Part shown: positions 14,570 through 17,036 of the stretch, piece by piece | How the letters are laid out: each line of letters opens with the position of its first letter | Position numbering within the stretch: position 1 is the first letter of the stretch | NCBI GenBank assembly: GCA_037969075.1 | Contig: JBBKWS010000157.1 | Coordinates: forward strand, 1 to 17,036 | Direction of reading: 5' to 3' | Source of the DNA: Bdellovibrionales bacterium | GTDB taxonomy: Bacteria; Bdellovibrionota; Bdellovibrionia; Bdellovibrionales; UBA840 | DNA length: 17,036 nucleotides | Notes under the pieces: model-generated | What the model was told of the DNA's origin: nothing | Database searches by the model: none | What the model saw: the letters and a program-made list of their open reading frames with translations, nothing else | Made by a program: the position numbers and the translations under genes

Positions 14570-16918
14570 ATGGTGTTAACTAAGTTGGTTTTACTGTCAG
14601 TTATATCTTTAGTCGGAATAAAATCCTACGGATTCTCGCACGATGCTTATTATAAAAAAATCATGAAAATAGAAAAACTCAGTGCCAAAAAGCTAAAAAC
14701 TGAGTCAGAAGGTGAGATAGCAGTTTTAGTTGGTGAAAATATAACCGCCAAAAAACCACAAAAGCCAGAGTATAAAGTTATAATTTATACCGCAAAACAT
14801 GGAAGCATAGAGCTTCGACCTAACTCTGAATCAGCACTAGCAAACTTACAAAGTGGAAGTCGTGTAAGTTTAAAAAAGACCCGCGATAGTATAAAATCTT
14901 TTAAATTAAGCTTAAACACGAAAAATCCATTAGCTAGATCTGTAGAAAATTTTGAGATACATACAATCGTAAAAACATCCATTGCCAGCCACAAAACAGC
15001 CGATCATTCTAAACGATCGAAAGAAACAGATAAAATTTTATTTGTAAGGGCAAAAAATTTTCGCACAGTGCCTGAATATGGCACTCCACACCTATCACCA
15101 TCAGAGTTTAGCGCCCGTATATTTGATACTTCTAGACGATGGAGCTTGCAATCCATATTTAGTCGAAACTCAGACAACCAAGTTGTATTTTCTGGAAAGA
15201 TTGTTGACGGTATCTGGGGCCCTACATGTATCGAAAATGATACCGACGGTTTGTACAAAATGGTAATGGACCAAGTAGAAAACCAAGGTACTGTTGATCC
15301 TAAAAACTTTGACCGCATAGTCATTTCTTTACCGCAGAATAGCAGCTGCAGTAGTTATAATTGGGGAACCATAGGAAAAATTAACCGTTTTTTCAAATTT
15401 GGCAGTAAGGCCATGTCAGTAAGCTGGATTTATGAATGGTACGACGGTATTGGATTCGGAAAAGTATTGGCTCACGAAATTGGTCATAATATGTATTTTC
15501 AGCATGCAAATGATTTAGCTTGCTCTGACCAAAGTATTGCAACCTTAGGCTGTCAAAAATCTGAATACGCTGACTATAGTGATATTATGGGATACTCAAC
15601 CTACTCTGATTACCAGCGGTTTAGTATGTTTAGACGTTATCAGGCAGGGTGGCTAGCTGCACCACAAGTAATAAAATTTAACGCCAATGAATCAAGGGTT
15701 TTTGAACTTTTTGATATTAAAACAAACTTACCGAACCTCCCCCAGTTAGGATTGATAGCCATAAGTACTATAGCAACCTATCCGCTAAGTAGCAGTAAGC
15801 CTACATACCTATCATTAGAATATGAAGCAACACATGTTTCTGACCAATACAAAGGGGTTGTAATTCGCTATGCAAATGATTATGGCGTTACGGCAAGGCC
15901 TGTTTGGTCACAGACACTTCGATTTCCTGGTGACTCATTTTATGATTCTGCAAATGACATAACTATACAAATTATTCAGACGCTCTCAAACTCCGTAGAA
16001 ATACGAGTGACCGGCGGTCAAGCACCTGAAATGCCACTGTTTGATATTAAACCTGGGCATTTAGCATACGGAGAGGGCGCAGGAAATTGTAGTAGCATTA
16101 TCATCGATACAAATTTAAACTCCCCAAATCAGACTGTTTTTCTTTCTGAAAATGATACCGCCGGCATAAAGACAGCATACCCTGTCTTTATAGCAACTTT
16201 GCCAAACGGACTTAGACGCTACAAACTATCTTATCCATATATTGATGCAAACAAATCTTACACCGCCTTTATTCAAACCGATGAGCGTGTCTACACAAAA
16301 CAAATACAACCTTGGCCATGTAATACGCCCGTTCAAAGTCTTACTATTGAAGATATTGATCCTACGTCTTGTGGTTACACTGATATAATTTTAAAAACTA
16401 CGAACTTTCCTATAAATAAGACAGTAACAATTTCAGCTAGATCGGTGAAAAATGGGGGCCTTGATGCCGAATGTGATACGTTAACAAATACTAGTGGTGA
16501 AATACGTTGTTCACTTTTTTTAGATCCAAACTATCGATATTATATTGAAGCCAACGTAAGATTAAGTTCATACGACAATATCCAATCCGAAGGCATATAC
16601 GTTGGAAAAAAGGATTGTTCTGATAGCGCCCGCAAAGACATACGTGTTATCCAAGGCCTTAAGTATAAACTTGTAGATTCATGTCACTCTGTATCTATCG
16701 ATATAGCGACTACAAACGTCTCTGCAGGAACAAACTTTTTATTTACCGCAACGGATAAGGATTACAATGAGTTCAGTTGCACAAAGGTTATAGGTGATTC
16801 AAAAAATATGCGCTGTGTATTTGAAGGACTAAAACCTGCCACTCAATACTATATTAAAACCTCAGTAGATGATGAAATTCTTGTTGATAGCAAAGATACC
16901 GATTATTGTAGCCCCTAA
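14570..16918 (+). CDS. Secreted metzincin-type zinc metalloprotease (M11 gametolysin-like/M6-like) with C-terminal Cys-containing Ig/FN3-like repeats
   Basis: Signal peptide; HEIGHNMYFQH (15473-15505); EYADYSDIMG Met-turn; GWL; about three C-terminal repeats. Confidence 0.8.
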   Translation: MVLTKLVLLSVISLVGIKSYGFSHDAYYKKIMKIEKLSAKKLKTESEGEIAVLVGENITAKKPQKPEYKVIIYTAKHGSIELRPNSESALANLQSGSRVSLKKTRDSIKSFKLSLNTKNPLARSVENFEIHTIVKTSIASHKTADHSKRSKETDKILFVRAKNFRTVPEYGTPHLSPSEFSARIFDTSRRWSLQSIFSRNSDNQVVFSGKIVDGIWGPTCIENDTDGLYKMVMDQVENQGTVDPKNFDRIVISLPQNSSCSSYNWGTIGKINRFFKFGSKAMSVSWIYEWYDGIGFGKVLAHEIGHNMYFQHANDLACSDQSIATLGCQKSEYADYSDIMGYSTYSDYQRFSMFRRYQAGWLAAPQVIKFNANESRVFELFDIKTNLPNLPQLGLIAISTIATYPLSSSKPTYLSLEYEATHVSDQYKGVVIRYANDYGVTARPVWSQTLRFPGDSFYDSANDITIQIIQTLSNSVEIRVTGGQAPEMPLFDIKPGHLAYGEGAGNCSSIIIDTNLNSPNQTVFLSENDTAGIKTAYPVFIATLPNGLRRYKLSYPYIDANKSYTAFIQTDERVYTKQIQPWPCNTPVQSLTIEDIDPTSCGYTDIILKTTNFPINKTVTISARSVKNGGLDAECDTLTNTSGEIRCSLFLDPNYRYYIEANVRLSSYDNIQSEGIYVGKKDCSDSARKDIRVIQGLKYKLVDSCHSVSIDIATTNVSAGTNFLFTATDKDYNEFSCTKVIGDSKNMRCVFEGLKPATQYYIKTSVDDEILVDSKDTDYCSP

Positions 16919-16997
16919 TAAACTGCTCCCTTATAGTGGATATAATCACAGTTTGATACCTTGTTAAGTAATTAAAATTGGTCTATTTTTTGAATTA

Positions 16998-17036
16998 CTA
17001 CACTGCATGAACATAGAATGCCCAAATAATTCCTGC
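16998..17036 (-). CDS. Possible C-terminus of a membrane protein entering from the right edge
   Basis: Minus frame reads ...AGIIWAFYVHAV-stop (TAG followed by TAA); only 13 codons are visible. Confidence 0.3.
   Translation of the reverse strand, partial: AGIIWAFYVHAV

Noticed and set aside
13922..15324. Short ORFs 13922-14158, 14785-14994, 15004-15324, 15078-15266
   Set aside because: Nested in or antisense to the CLC and protease genes; no recognisable features.
16920..16954. Imperfect hairpin after the protease gene
   Set aside because: AT-rich with large internal loops and no U-tract; not a convincing terminator.
1..17036. CRISPR array, tRNA/rRNA, prophage or known defence system
   Set aside because: No regularly spaced repeats, no intergenic gap with tRNA/rRNA features, and no phage or defence hallmark proteins recognised.

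Overview
AT-rich bacterial chromosomal segment, probably Bdellovibrionota (inferred from the FQNC-type lipoprotein signal and gene content; not verified). Gene order: 5' part of mutS (missed by the ORF track), a secreted protein with an L,D-transpeptidase-like motif, an AsmA-like membrane-anchored protein, PduO-type cobalamin adenosyltransferase, greA, mgtE, a BFD-like [2Fe-2S] protein, a lone Y1/HUH transposase-like gene, a degenerate NifU-like (IscU remnant + BFD) protein, SDR, OsmC-family protein, msrB, ABC-F ATPase, FG-GAP lipoprotein with a sigma54-type promoter, CLC transporter and a secreted M11-like metalloprotease. No rRNA, tRNA or CRISPR array was seen. The best candidates for something undescribed are the apparently end-less HUH nuclease between two Fe-S genes and the 'mini-NifU' that has lost its scaffold cysteines. 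Many genes also look leaderless. All calls are by eye; no database searches were run.
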